A stretch of DNA of 64,000 nt from assembly GCA_963738405.1 (NCBI GenBank), contig CAVTWJ010000009.1:1-64000 (forward strand), read 5' to 3'. The notes under the pieces are model-generated. The model saw nothing but the letters and a program-made list of their open reading frames with translations, made no database searches and was not told the DNA's origin. The position numbers and the translations under genes were made by a program. The first letter of the stretch is position 1, and every line of letters starts with the position of its first letter. This DNA is from a candidate division FCPU426 bacterium. Lineage in GTDB: Bacteria; Oederibacteriota; Muellerivitia; Muellerivitales; Muellerivitaceae. Positions 46,873-57,322 of this stretch are shown in pieces.

Positions 46873-48540
46873 ATGATTTCAGCGAAAGAAGTAACCCTCC
46901 GCTTCGGCAAGAAAACCCTATTCGACAAGGTCACGGTCAAGTTCAACCCGGGCTATTGCTATGGCCTGATCGGCGCCAACGGCGCGGGTAAATCCACCTT
47001 CATGAAAATCCTGGCCGGCCAGCTCAAGCCCGACGAGGGAGAAATCGCGGTGGACCGGGGCGTCAAGGTGGCTATGCTCAAGCAGGACCAGTACGCCTTC
47101 GATGAGTACACGGTTCTCGATACGGTCTTGATGGGGCAAGAAGAGCTCTGGAAAATCCAGCAGGAAAAGGACGCTCTCTACGCCAAACCCGAGATGACCC
47201 ACGACGAGGGCCTGAGGGCCGCCGAATTGGAAGCCCAGTTCGGGGACATGGACGGCTACGCCTACGCCGCCGCCGCGGGCGAGCTGTTGGAAGGCTTGGG
47301 GATTGAGACTGCCCGGCACGAAACCAAGATGAAACTTTTGACCGGCGGTTGGAAGGTGCGGGTGCTGTTAGCCCAGGTGCTTTACGCCAAGCCGGGGGTG
47401 CTGCTCCTCGACGAACCCACCAACAATCTGGATATCCGAACTATCGACTGGCTTGAGGATTACCTGAATTCTTATGAAGGAACCATCATCGTCATTTCCC
47501 ATGACCGCCATTTTCTAAACCACATCTGTACCCATATCGCCGACGTGGACCGGGAAAAGGTGACCGTCTATACCGGCAACTACGATTTCTTCGTGCACGC
47601 CTCCCAGCAGAACCTGGACGCCAAGATGACCGAGAACGCCCGCAAGGAAAAACAAATCTCCGAACTGAAAGCCTTTGTGGCCCGGTTTTCGGCCAACGCC
47701 TCCAAGAGCGCCCAAGCCACCAGCCGTGCCCGGCTCCTGGAAAAAATCGAACTGGAACAAATCATCCCCTCGACCCGGCAATATCCCCGCTTGTTCTTCA
47801 AGGAAAAGCAGGGTGCGGGCAAGGACATCCTCAACGTCAAAAGCATCAGCAAGGGATTTGGCGATTTGAAAGTGCTGAGAAAAGTCAGCTTCATCGTGGG
47901 CAACGGCGACAAGGTGGCCATCATCGGCCCCAACGGCGTGGGCAAGACCACCCTGATCAAGTGTCTGGTCGGGGCCTTTCAAAACGAGGGGTCCAACCTG
48001 GCCCAGTGGGGCTTGAAGATCGACGAGGGGCAGATCGCCTGGGGCTCCACGGTGAAACTTTCCAGCATGCCCCAGGACGTGAAGGAAGAATTGACCACCG
48101 ACATGACGGCCCTGGAATGGCTGCGACAGTTCGCGCCATTGGAAGAGGGCCAGGTAATCCGCGGTATGCTCGGGCGAATGCTTTTTACCGGCGAAGAGCA
48201 GGACAAGAGCGTGAAGGTGCTATCGGGCGGTGAGTGCCAACGCATGGTGCTATCCCGCCTGATGATCGAAGGCGGAAACGTTCTGATTTTGGACGAACCC
48301 ACCAACCACATGGACCTGGAATCCATCGAGTCCATGAGCAAGTCGCTGGAAGAGTACACGGGCACGGTGATTTTCTCATCCCATGACCAGGATTTGATCG
48401 GCAAGGTGGCCAACCGGATTTTCGAACTGAGACCCGACGGTACCTACTCGGACTTCAAGGGAAGTTACGCCGAATATGAGGATTGGTCGGCCCGGGAAGT
48501 CAAAAAGGCCAAAGAAGCGGCGAAAAGCGCCAAAAAATAA
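46873..48540 (+). CDS. ABC-F family ribosome-associated ATPase (YbiT-like)
   Basis: Two ABC domains (GANGAGKST, GPNGVGKTT; LLDEPTNNLD, ILDEPTNHMD) and no TM helices; RFSANASKSAQATSR linker. Confidence 0.95.
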   Translation: MISAKEVTLRFGKKTLFDKVTVKFNPGYCYGLIGANGAGKSTFMKILAGQLKPDEGEIAVDRGVKVAMLKQDQYAFDEYTVLDTVLMGQEELWKIQQEKDALYAKPEMTHDEGLRAAELEAQFGDMDGYAYAAAAGELLEGLGIETARHETKMKLLTGGWKVRVLLAQVLYAKPGVLLLDEPTNNLDIRTIDWLEDYLNSYEGTIIVISHDRHFLNHICTHIADVDREKVTVYTGNYDFFVHASQQNLDAKMTENARKEKQISELKAFVARFSANASKSAQATSRARLLEKIELEQIIPSTRQYPRLFFKEKQGAGKDILNVKSISKGFGDLKVLRKVSFIVGNGDKVAIIGPNGVGKTTLIKCLVGAFQNEGSNLAQWGLKIDEGQIAWGSTVKLSSMPQDVKEELTTDMTALEWLRQFAPLEEGQVIRGMLGRMLFTGEEQDKSVKVLSGGECQRMVLSRLMIEGGNVLILDEPTNHMDLESIESMSKSLEEYTGTVIFSSHDQDLIGKVANRIFELRPDGTYSDFKGSYAEYEDWSAREVKKAKEAAKSAKK

Positions 48541-48610
48541 ACCGCGGACCTGCCTTCTTTAGGGGCGGCCGTTATAATCATCCAAAAGTTGTTTAAAGGC
48601 GGAGGAATCA

Positions 48611-48919
48611 ATGGCGGAACAAACCTGGCAGGAAAGAATCAAGACGGGGCGCAACGAAGATTGTCCCTGCGGATCGAAAAAGAAATACAAGAAGTGCCAT
48701 TTGCAGGCCGACGAAAAGGCCGAAAGCGAGGCCCTGGCGAATGTGAACGCCGCCGCGGCCGCCGAGGCGAAGAAGCACGAGGACGAGCATGACCACGAGC
48801 ACCATGACCATGAGCATCCCCACGCTCACAAGCATGAGAAGGGCGGTCCGGCCAGGCCCCATACTTCCACGAATACCTCCAAACAGACGAGCGCTCCCCG
48901 CAAGGTAGGATCGTCTTAA
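48611..48919 (+). CDS. SEC-C zinc-binding motif protein with a His/acidic-rich tract
   Basis: GRNEDCPCGSKKKYKKCH; HEDEHDHEHHDHEHPHAHKH. Confidence 0.85.
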   Translation: MAEQTWQERIKTGRNEDCPCGSKKKYKKCHLQADEKAESEALANVNAAAAAEAKKHEDEHDHEHHDHEHPHAHKHEKGGPARPHTSTNTSKQTSAPRKVGSS

Positions 48920-48935
48920 GGCTTTCAAAACATAA

Positions 48936-49037
48936 TTTTCACCACCAAGGCACAAAGACACCAAGGACAACGAAGTTTTCTTGATTTTAAGCTTTTTTAA
49001 CCTGTCTTTCTTGGTGACTTGGCGTCTTGGTGGTAAA
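48936..49037. repeat. Intergenic inverted element built from CACCAAG-like tandem units
   Basis: TTTTCACCACCAAGGCACAAAGACACCAAG ... CTTGGTGACTTGGCGTCTTGGTGGTAAA. Confidence 0.75.
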
Positions 49038-49057
49038 GATGGTTTAAAGGAGTTGTT

Positions 49058-49444
49058 ATGCCGAGGGAAAACATCAGCACGGGCTCGAAGTGGGAGCCGA
49101 TTTTAGGCTATTCTCGCGCGGTCAAGGTAGGTTCCCATTTGTTCGTATCCGGCACCACCGGCACGGGACCGGACGGCAAAATTGTGGGCGTCGGCGACGC
49201 CTACGCCCAAACGGTGCAGGCCCTGAAGAATCTGAAGGCCGGGCTGGAGAAGGCGGGTTTTTCAGCGTCCGACGTGGTGCGCACCCGGCTTTTCGTGACC
49301 GAAGCCGCCGAATGGGAAAAATACGGCAAGGCTCACGGCGAGGTTTTTGGCGAGATCCGCCCCGCCATGACGCTGGTGGAAGTTTCCCGGCTGATCGATC
49401 CGGACATGATGGTCGAGATCGAAGCGGATGCTTATAAAGCCTGA
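49058..49444 (+). CDS. RidA/YjgF family protein
   Basis: [38 protein letters not shown]. Confidence 0.92.
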   Translation: MPRENISTGSKWEPILGYSRAVKVGSHLFVSGTTGTGPDGKIVGVGDAYAQTVQALKNLKAGLEKAGFSASDVVRTRLFVTEAAEWEKYGKAHGEVFGEIRPAMTLVEVSRLIDPDMMVEIEADAYKA

Positions 49445-49473
49445 CGCCTTGCCTGAGAACCGGTTTTAAAACC

Positions 49474-49513
49474 AAGCCTCTTTCCCATACGGGCAAGGGG
49501 CTTTTTGTTTTTT
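49474..49513 (+). terminator. Rho-independent terminator
   Basis: AAGCCTCTTTCCC-ATAC-GGGCAAGGGGCTT followed by a T-tract. Confidence 0.7.
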
Positions 49514-49527
49514 GAAAGGAAATAAGA

Positions 49528-50004
49528 ATGGAACATTTATGGATGCCCGACATTCCGCTGGCCGAAAAAATATTGCGTTCGGTAGTGGTTTATCTTTTTC
49601 TTCTTTTGGCTTTCCGCTTCACGGGCAAGCGCCAAGTGGGATCCATGACGCCCTTCGACCTGGTAGTGCTATTGATCATCTCCAATGTGGTGCAAAACGC
49701 CGTGATCGGAAACGACAATTCCCTGGGCGGGGGGCTGATCGGGGCGGTGACCATCCTTCTCTTGAACTGGGGCGTGGTGGAACTGGCCTACCGCTTCAAG
49801 GGCGCCCGCCGGACTTTGGAAGGAGAGCCCACCCTTTTGGTGCATAACGGGAAAATACTTCAACATCGTTTAGAAAGAGAGCGCATTACCCACGATGATC
49901 TGGAGGGGGCCTTGCGCAAAAGCGGGGTGGTGAATGTTTCTGAAGTGCGCTTTGCGGTGCTGGAAGAAAACGGGCAGATTTCGGTGATACCCAAAGGAAA
50001 GTGA
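49528..50004 (+). CDS. YetF / DUF421 family membrane protein
   Basis: GKRQVGSMTPFDLV, EGEPTLLVHNG, AVLEENGQISV. Confidence 0.92.
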   Translation: MEHLWMPDIPLAEKILRSVVVYLFLLLAFRFTGKRQVGSMTPFDLVVLLIISNVVQNAVIGNDNSLGGGLIGAVTILLLNWGVVELAYRFKGARRTLEGEPTLLVHNGKILQHRLERERITHDDLEGALRKSGVVNVSEVRFAVLEENGQISVIPKGK

Positions 50005-50014
50005 ATCCGAGAAG

Positions 50015-52144
50015 TTAGGTTCCCTTCAATTGTTTCAAAATTAACCGCGAGGGCGTAAGGTCCAGCGGAGCCTGGCGGGCTTTTTCATAAGATTTTATGG
50101 CTTCCGCGTTCATTCCCTTGGTCTGGTATAAATTCCCCAGTTCAAAACAAATCGCCGCGGTGGGGTAACCCTCACTTACTGCATTTTGAAGCGCCGCCAG
50201 GTGGGCCGGGTAGTCCAGCTTGCCGTATTCGAAGGCCGCCACCTTGTCCCAATAGACCGATTCCAAAAAAGGATCGCCCTTCGCCAGTTCTTCTCCCTTT
50301 GAGAGTTCTTGTAAAAGCACGTCCCAATCCTCATGCGGTTGCCAGAGCCTGTCGCCATCCACTTCCCGCAGGAGTGCGTTTAGATCTCTCCACCGGTACC
50401 AAAATTCATCTTTTTCATCCTCAATGGGAATCACCGCCAAAACCAAGCCTCCATCAGGTTTTTTCAAATCCTGTCCCACCCAAAACCATTGGGTCTCCGG
50501 GAATCTTTTTTCCAAAAAAGGCTGATAGTGGACGTTCACATAGAGGGCTGCCCAGCCGATTTTCCCGGGAAGCTTGAGGCTATCCCACTCGCCGGAGAGA
50601 GGCCTCGAAAAGAGGGAAAGGGTGGCGTCATTCTGGGCTTCGGTATCGAAATCAGCCAGGATCAAGCCTGGGCCCTTTTCTTTCCAGGTTTGTTCTAAGA
50701 CCCGGTAGGCGCGAAGTTTTTCCACCGATTTGACGGGGCGGTCGAAGTTTTCTGGTTGTGCTTCGCAATCGGCCCAGGGTTCCACCAGGCGGGAAAAATC
50801 GAAAACCAGGGAAATCAAAAGCAATAAACCCAGGTAGGGCCAGCGCCGTGGCGGATTCAACCCTTCCAAAAGATAATGAAGGCCTAGGGCGGAAACGAAT
50901 AGAAGCGGGGGAAGCACTTGAACGACCCGAAAAGCTTCCAGGTTCATAGATAGGAGCCCGGGAAGTAAAAGAATTGGAAAAGATAGAAGAACCCATCCCG
51001 CCCATGATTCTTTGCGACGTTGGATAACTTGAACCAACCCCAGGAAAAAACACGCTCCAAGGAGGGGGTTAAGGAAACCGCCCTCAACAGGGCTATAGGC
51101 TGCTTCCCGGTCGAAAGCTCCCCAAAATAAAACGGTCAGGTAATGCCAATCCACTTCCACCTGGTGCGCCCAGGGAAACCATCCGCTCCAGGGGGTCAAG
51201 GAAGCCAAATGATTCCCAAAACCCTCGGTGAGAACCGCCCAAAGGAATGGAAAAGCCCCCAAACCAAGCCCCAAAGCAAACCAAAGCCATAATTTGCGGG
51301 GTTCCAAATTTTTCCAATAATTCCAGGCTGCGAAGAGAACGCACAAAAGCGCTGCTGAAACCCAAGAAGTGAAAGAAAGAAATCCCAAACCCGCCGTAAA
51401 ACCAAAAATAAAAATCTTTAAAAAAGCACCTGCTGTGTTTGGAAGATGGAGAACCCAGGCTAGGGCAATAAGAATTAAGAATTCGAAAAGAGGTAGTGTC
51501 ATGCCTTCATGGCAGTGTCGTCCCATATAGAGGGGCCAGAAGGAGAATGCCAGGAGGGCGAAAAAAACCAAGGCCAGGGAGGATGAAAAGAGCCGCCGGG
51601 CGGATATATACCCTATTCCCAAAGTCAAAACTGAAACGATGGCCGGGGGAAGCCAAAGGCTAAGAAAAGGATTAAACCCCAATCGAACGGCCCAAGCGGT
51701 CAGGAAGAAGGTCAGAGGCGGGGTTTGGGCAAAGGAATAAAAGAAACGGTGCGGCCATTGCTGGCTAATTCTTAAGGCTAGGGTACCGATACCGCCCTCG
51801 TCCGAGTTAGGCCAAGCGGGAAGGGATTGGATGGCGGTTAAGCGGAAGGCTAGGGCAAGAACGATGAATAACAGCCAAGCCCAAGGGGAAAGGGGTGAGA
51901 GGATTTCAATTTTCCAAGGGAGCGGAGAGGGAGCTAGTGGTTTCCGCCAAGCGTTATAAATCGGTATTCCGAATCCGCCCAGTACAAGCGCCAACTGAAC
52001 AAACCCGTTCATGGGGAGAAAGGTCAGCGCCGAACCCAAAATCAAAAACCACCCGAACCAGAGGAACCTGCCATCGAGAGGACTGGTTGAATTGGATTCG
52101 GTCAAGGAAACCTCGTGTTTTTCGGATGAACGCCCCTTCATCAT
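50015..52144 (-). CDS. GT-C (PMT/ArnT-like) glycosyltransferase with TPR-like C-terminus (start uncertain)
   Basis: FRL..LPAWPNSDEG, QTPPL, multiple TM helices, GGFLNPLLG; FELGNLYQTKGMNAEAIKSYEKA. Confidence 0.8.
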   Translation of the reverse strand: MMKGRSSEKHEVSLTESNSTSPLDGRFLWFGWFLILGSALTFLPMNGFVQLALVLGGFGIPIYNAWRKPLAPSPLPWKIEILSPLSPWAWLLFIVLALAFRLTAIQSLPAWPNSDEGGIGTLALRISQQWPHRFFYSFAQTPPLTFFLTAWAVRLGFNPFLSLWLPPAIVSVLTLGIGYISARRLFSSSLALVFFALLAFSFWPLYMGRHCHEGMTLPLFEFLILIALAWVLHLPNTAGAFLKIFIFGFTAGLGFLSFTSWVSAALLCVLFAAWNYWKNLEPRKLWLWFALGLGLGAFPFLWAVLTEGFGNHLASLTPWSGWFPWAHQVEVDWHYLTVLFWGAFDREAAYSPVEGGFLNPLLGACFFLGLVQVIQRRKESWAGWVLLSFPILLLPGLLSMNLEAFRVVQVLPPLLFVSALGLHYLLEGLNPPRRWPYLGLLLLISLVFDFSRLVEPWADCEAQPENFDRPVKSVEKLRAYRVLEQTWKEKGPGLILADFDTEAQNDATLSLFSRPLSGEWDSLKLPGKIGWAALYVNVHYQPFLEKRFPETQWFWVGQDLKKPDGGLVLAVIPIEDEKDEFWYRWRDLNALLREVDGDRLWQPHEDWDVLLQELSKGEELAKGDPFLESVYWDKVAAFEYGKLDYPAHLAALQNAVSEGYPTAAICFELGNLYQTKGMNAEAIKSYEKARQAPLDLTPSRLILKQLKGT

Positions 52145-52239
52145 AAAGGCGAAAAGCTTCTTTACGAAGCCTTCAAATGAGTGGGACTGGGAATACAGGG
52201 AAAGGATCGGGACAGCTTCGCGGAAGGGATTCGGGCAAT

Positions 52240-52329
52240 AAAAAAGCCGCACGCTCCGGAAGCCCGGAGATCAGGGGCTCACCCTGTAATTAAAGTGGGA
52301 GTGGCCCATACTCTGATTGGCAGCGCGGC
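52240..52329 (-). ncRNA. Candidate structured leader RNA ending in a U-tract
   Basis: Minus strand: GCCGCGCT..ATCAG..GGGC..GCCC-CTGAT-CTCCGGGCTTCCGGAG-CGTGCGGC-TTTTTT; nested stems. Confidence 0.5.
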
Positions 52330-52529
52330 GTGGGACTATCCTTCACTCCGAGCCTAGACGATTCAAGACTTCGTTCGTTCCAGAAAAAATTTAACGGCGC
52401 ATAAAATAAGCCAAGTTCATCGGTTGTTTTATCCACGGAATTCGATTTCCGTTTTGAATCAAAAGGGATAAACGAAGAACCTTAATTGAAATTTAATCTT
52501 TAAAATTTTGGAATGTAAACGGACTTTAT

Positions 52530-54239
52530 CTAAACGTAACTGACCCGGCTTTTGGGGGGCTCGGGTTCTTTCTTTACCTTTTTGGGCTTGCGGCGGGAGG
52601 GTTTGGAGTCCGACTTTTGCTTGTAGTGAAGGATCAACAAGACGCCCCCCACCAGAAAATAAACCAGGCCGAATTGCGGGGCGGCGAAAAGGCCGAACTT
52701 ATTTTGCAATCCCGTGTCGGTCAGCCGATAGGCATGGATGAGGCCCGTCATGGCAAGGGCCGCACCGGCGAAGGACCAATAGGCGGCCCGCTCGAATTTG
52801 CGGTCGATGATGTAAACCATCATGGAGGCGAACACCATGGAGGTCAGAAGAAAACCCTGGCTGAGAAAAACCACTCCCCGGATATAGAGAAGGCTTCCGA
52901 ATTTATCCCAAGCCGTGAAGAGTGTCGCGCCCGATACCTGTAGGGTAGGGAGAATCACCATTTGAAGCACGAAGGCGGCGAAGGCGGGGATCAGGCCAAA
53001 GGCAACCGCCAAACCGTGTTCCTTCGGGATTTCCGTAAAGGCCTGGGCCGTGATGATGATGGCGATCCAAAGCAGGATTCCCAAAATGCATTCCTGGGGA
53101 ATCACCTGCAGGAAAAGGGTCACGCCCCCGAAGAGGCACAAAAGGGCGATGATCACTCCGTTCAAGATGGAATAACCGTGGCGGGCGCCCAGGGCTTTCC
53201 AGCCCGGATGTCCGATGTAAATGGTGGTCGGGAATGCGCTTCCGAAAAATCCCGCGGCAATGGTGGCTATGCCGTTGGTCAGAAGAGAGGGTTTGGTGGG
53301 GTAACGGTCGCCCCCCGCTTCGGCGCTTTCAAGATTTTGCAGGGAGCCGATGACGTTGAAGAGGCCCATGGGGAATATGACCGCTAGGTATTTCCAACCG
53401 GAGGAACTAAACATCAAGGCCACGAGGTCTTTCGGAACAGCGTGGGGCGGGTAAAAGCCCCATTGGATGGGGTCGGTCGAAACGTTTAAGGTGATGACGT
53501 GGAGGCTATAGAGGGCCCAGGCGATCAGGCTTCCCAAGAGCACCGCCAAAAAGCCGCCCGGCAGGGAATAGGGCCATTTGATTTTGGAACCGTAGGAAAT
53601 CAGGATCAACATCATGGGGAAAAGCCCCACTAGAGGATTGGCGAAGATTTGAAAGATGAATCCCATGGCGATAAAGGTAATGGCCACTCCGGCCAGGGCG
53701 CAAAGCATGGCGGCCCGGGGAGTGTTTTGCCTCAACCAGTCGCCCGCGTAAGCCCCGCCGATTTCCATCAATCCATTTAAAAAACAAGCGAAGAGCCCGA
53801 CCTGCCAAGCAAGGTGGTAATCATGGGTGTCCTGATAGACCGGTGCGATCACCAGAAAGATAAAGGCGATCAGGCTAGGAGTATTGATGCCGAAGGGAAG
53901 GGCCGTCACGTCAGTGCGGCCGGTTTGAAGGGCCAGCCTGCGGGCCTGCCAAGCGTAAAAAAGATTCCCGATGAGGATAGACAAGGCGGCGCCGGGCAGG
54001 ATCTGGCCGGTGATAAATTCCGTCGGGAAACCGCAAAAGACCTTGCAGAGCCCGCCTACCAGCATCAGTTGAAGAAGATTGTCGATAAAGAGCCCAAAGA
54101 AACCGTCCAGGTCGCCCCGGGTGAACCAGGGCAAATCCCCGCCGGGAATATAATCTTTGGAATGCACGAGAAAGCGCAAAAAGGCAGGATTTTTTTGGAA
54201 CGAGAGGGGCTTTTTAAGGAAATCCATGAGCTTGGACAT
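52530..54239 (-). CDS. NCS2 / AzgA-like permease
   Basis: GDLDGFFGLFIDNL, TALPFGINTPS, QNLESAEAGGD, FPTTIYIGHPGWK. Confidence 0.9.
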   Translation of the reverse strand: MSKLMDFLKKPLSFQKNPAFLRFLVHSKDYIPGGDLPWFTRGDLDGFFGLFIDNLLQLMLVGGLCKVFCGFPTEFITGQILPGAALSILIGNLFYAWQARRLALQTGRTDVTALPFGINTPSLIAFIFLVIAPVYQDTHDYHLAWQVGLFACFLNGLMEIGGAYAGDWLRQNTPRAAMLCALAGVAITFIAMGFIFQIFANPLVGLFPMMLILISYGSKIKWPYSLPGGFLAVLLGSLIAWALYSLHVITLNVSTDPIQWGFYPPHAVPKDLVALMFSSSGWKYLAVIFPMGLFNVIGSLQNLESAEAGGDRYPTKPSLLTNGIATIAAGFFGSAFPTTIYIGHPGWKALGARHGYSILNGVIIALLCLFGGVTLFLQVIPQECILGILLWIAIIITAQAFTEIPKEHGLAVAFGLIPAFAAFVLQMVILPTLQVSGATLFTAWDKFGSLLYIRGVVFLSQGFLLTSMVFASMMVYIIDRKFERAAYWSFAGAALAMTGLIHAYRLTDTGLQNKFGLFAAPQFGLVYFLVGGVLLILHYKQKSDSKPSRRKPKKVKKEPEPPKSRVSYV

Positions 54240-54424
54240 GGGGAAAGCCTAAACGCCGTTTCAAAACCGGTCAAGGCAATTTAGGAAGCTAAAAGACCGC
54301 GGAAAAAGATTTTAGGCCCTGGGTAACGAAAATCGATAGCCTTTGGGCGTCGGGCCGGGATTCCACCCTTGGAAGCAATCGTCCGATCCCATTTAACAAG
54401 AGGGTAAAAATTTGATTCGGGGGA

Positions 54425-54457
54425 TTGACACTCTTTCGGATAATCAGTATTACTGAT
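54425..54457 (+). promoter_or_regulatory. Sigma70 promoter with a probable MarR operator
   Basis: TTGACA at 54425; dyad ATCAGTA-T-TACTGAT (54443-54457) over the -10 position. Confidence 0.7.
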
Positions 54458-54490
54458 GATCACAACCATGACGATAAGGAAAAACAATTA

Positions 54491-54988
54491 ATGGTCACCA
54501 AAACCCATTTTGAAAAATCCAATCTCCCGGATGGGATACCCGAAGCTCTTTTGGGCCGAATGGGTTTTTTGCTCAATAAGGGAGCCCAAAAGATCCGGGA
54601 CGCCTACCAAGAGGCGCTGGAACCCCTGGGGATCGACGGAAAACAATACGGTGTCCTTCTGGTCTTGAGCTCCAAAGGGCCGGTGAGCCAGCATGAGATC
54701 GGTCTTTGCACCCGAATCGATCGAACCACCATGGTGGCCATCATCGACGATTTGGAGCAAAAGGGACTTGTGGAGCGGCAGGAACATCCCACCGACCGGC
54801 GGACCCACGCGCTAGTAATAACGGCCAAGGGAAAAGAAGTTATCCCGAAGGCCCATAAGCTGGGCGAGGCAGCCGATAAAAAGTTTTTAGCGGGGCTGTC
54901 GGCCCGCGAGCAAAAAGAAGTTTTACAACTTTTGAAAAAGCTGGTTTTGTCCCATCTTGCCGTTGACGCGAATCGAGGAACGCCATGA
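54491..54988 (+). CDS. MarR-family regulator
   Basis: IDRTTMVAIIDDLEQKGLVER..DRR..ITAKG. Confidence 0.93.
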   Translation: MVTKTHFEKSNLPDGIPEALLGRMGFLLNKGAQKIRDAYQEALEPLGIDGKQYGVLLVLSSKGPVSQHEIGLCTRIDRTTMVAIIDDLEQKGLVERQEHPTDRRTHALVITAKGKEVIPKAHKLGEAADKKFLAGLSAREQKEVLQLLKKLVLSHLAVDANRGTP

Positions 54989-56391
54989 GACGACTGACTT
55001 TATTGTGGACCCTGTTGTTAATGGGAAGTTTGGCCCGGCTGGCCCATAGCCAAGGAATGGAAAAAACGGCTACCGCCACTCCGCTACCCGCCACTTCACC
55101 AGCCGTGACAACGGCACCTTCGGCCCAGCTGGATCTTTCTACGGCGGAACAGGAAGCCCTTCAGCATTCTCCCGAATATCAAAAAGCCGTGAATTTCGAA
55201 AGGGAGACCTCCTGGGGCCAAGTGGAAGCCATCTCGAATGGTTTTATTCCCCATCTTTCCATCGGGGGTAAATATTTCTTCGACAATCAATACGCCCAGG
55301 AGCAGGTGTCCTTCGCGGGTCCCCTCGAACCCTTCCTGCAAAATTTTCCCATCGCTTCCCTATCCTTGGACGCAAGTTTCGACCTTTTCGACGGATTTAA
55401 GAACATCCATAAGCTCGATTCGGCCAACAACATTCACGATTCGGCCAAACTGCTTTCGGACTGGGAATCCTTTCAACTGCAGGAACAAGTCCGGCTTGCC
55501 TTTTACAAAGCCCAAGCCGCTAAGGAACTTTCCGATATGGCGGATCAAAACGTGAAGACCCTGGAAGACCACCAGCGCATCGTTAAGGACCAGCTGGACA
55601 ACGGACAAGCCACCCAATACGACCTCTTGCGGGTGGAGGTCCAGCTTTCGGAAGCCAAGTCGGACCAAATCTCTGCCAACGACGACGTCGTCTTGGCCCG
55701 GGAGGCTTTGGCCCAGGCTATGGGGCTTCCAAGCGACGATAGGAACCTCACGGGAGACCTTCCGGTTTTAAACGCGGATGGCATACTCGCGGCCATGGCC
55801 CCCGCCGACTTTGAAAACAGGCCGGATTTAAAGGCCAAGGAACTTCAAACGAAAGCCGCGGAAGACGACAATGCCGCCAAGGCTGCTTTTTGGTTCCCCC
55901 GGGTTTCGCTCATCGGTGAATACGAATGGTACGACGCCCAGAATTATTTCTTGGGAGCCCCCAGCCCGGTTGAGAATACGGGCAATTTCAACAGCAGCTA
56001 TTTCCTAGGCGCCGCCGCCACCTGGGACCTCTTGGATGGCGGGGAATCCTTCGCGAAAGCCAACGAGGCTGGCGAAAAGGCCCTTGAAGCCCGAAATGAT
56101 TTCGACAGCGCCAGGCTGCAGGCGCCCTACGACTTCGACCTATGGAAGCGCCGCCTGGTTTCCAAGGTCTCCCTGTACCAGGCGAAACTCACCGACATCG
56201 ACAAGGCGAAGGAAAGCGCGCGGCTGGCCACCCTGGGGTTCAAGGCTGGCACCCGCACTACCACCGACGTTTTGGACGCCGAATTAGAGGAATTTCGCGC
56301 GGAGGCTGGCTTGGTCCAAGCCCAAGTCGACGCGCTGGAAGCCCTCATCCACCTTGAAACCGCCGTGGGAAAAAGGATCAGCCATGAGTAA
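54985..56391 (+). CDS. TolC-family outer membrane protein
   Basis: Signal peptide; FDLFDG, GQATQYDLLRVEVQ, RPDL, GTRTTTDVLDAE. Confidence 0.92.
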   Translation: MRRLTLLWTLLLMGSLARLAHSQGMEKTATATPLPATSPAVTTAPSAQLDLSTAEQEALQHSPEYQKAVNFERETSWGQVEAISNGFIPHLSIGGKYFFDNQYAQEQVSFAGPLEPFLQNFPIASLSLDASFDLFDGFKNIHKLDSANNIHDSAKLLSDWESFQLQEQVRLAFYKAQAAKELSDMADQNVKTLEDHQRIVKDQLDNGQATQYDLLRVEVQLSEAKSDQISANDDVVLAREALAQAMGLPSDDRNLTGDLPVLNADGILAAMAPADFENRPDLKAKELQTKAAEDDNAAKAAFWFPRVSLIGEYEWYDAQNYFLGAPSPVENTGNFNSSYFLGAAATWDLLDGGESFAKANEAGEKALEARNDFDSARLQAPYDFDLWKRRLVSKVSLYQAKLTDIDKAKESARLATLGFKAGTRTTTDVLDAELEEFRAEAGLVQAQVDALEALIHLETAVGKRISHE

Positions 56392-57238
56392 CGAAAAAAA
56401 GTCGCTCTTAATCAAAATTGTCCTAGCTGTGGCAGTAGGATCGGTGCTTTATTTCGGCATCCACGCTTACTTCTACGAATCCACCGACGACGCTTATGTG
56501 CAGGCCCATGCCTTGATGCTTTCTTCCCGCATCGGGGGAACGGTGCAAAAGGTGCTGGTGAACGAGAACGACCAGGTCAAGGCCGGTCAACTCTTGGCCC
56601 AGATTGACGACCAGGATTATTCGGCGGCCTATAACCAGGCCGTCGCCGACCAGTCTTCCGTGCAGGCGGATTTGGTCCAAGCGGCCCAAAACTACGACCG
56701 CATCAGCCAGCTGTACCAGGAACAGGCCGTTTCCAAGGCCGATTTTGACAAGGCGGTGGCTCTCTACCGCAACTTGCAGGCCCGGCTGAAGGCGGACCAA
56801 TTCAAGGCCGATCAGGCCAAGCTGAACCTAAGCTACACCCAGATCACCGCCCCCGAGGATGGGGCCATCGCCAAGAAGTCGGTGGAGCCCGGCATGGTGA
56901 TCCCCCCCGGTCAGGCCCTTTTTGGTTTTGTTTCCTCCCGGGAGAGGTGGGTGACCGCCAACTTCAAAGAAACCCAGCTCGCGGTCATCAAACCCGGCGA
57001 AAAGGTGGAAGTGGATGTGGACGCGGTGAAGGGAAAGAAATTCGAGGGAACGGTGGATTCGATCGGTTCGGCCACCGGTTCCATTTTCACTCTTTTGCCG
57101 CCTGATAATTCCACGGGCAATTTCACCAAAGTGGTCCAAAGGGTGCCGGTGAAGATCTACCTATTAAACCTAACCGCCGAGGATATTGAACGCCTAGCGG
57201 CGGGGCTGTCTGCGGTGGTGGATGTGAGAGTCCACTAA
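56384..57238 (+). CDS. EmrA/HlyD-type membrane fusion protein
   Basis: ESTDDAYV, VKAGQLL, ANFKETQL, LLPPDNSTGNFTKVVQRVPV. Confidence 0.95.
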   Translation: MSNEKKSLLIKIVLAVAVGSVLYFGIHAYFYESTDDAYVQAHALMLSSRIGGTVQKVLVNENDQVKAGQLLAQIDDQDYSAAYNQAVADQSSVQADLVQAAQNYDRISQLYQEQAVSKADFDKAVALYRNLQARLKADQFKADQAKLNLSYTQITAPEDGAIAKKSVEPGMVIPPGQALFGFVSSRERWVTANFKETQLAVIKPGEKVEVDVDAVKGKKFEGTVDSIGSATGSIFTLLPPDNSTGNFTKVVQRVPVKIYLLNLTAEDIERLAAGLSAVVDVRVH

Positions 57239-57322
57239 GGACTCCGTTCCTAACTTTTAATTTCTTAACATTTAAACCTCACGGCCCCTCAAAAGGGGCC
57301 CCCAAGAGTTCGAGGAATCCAG

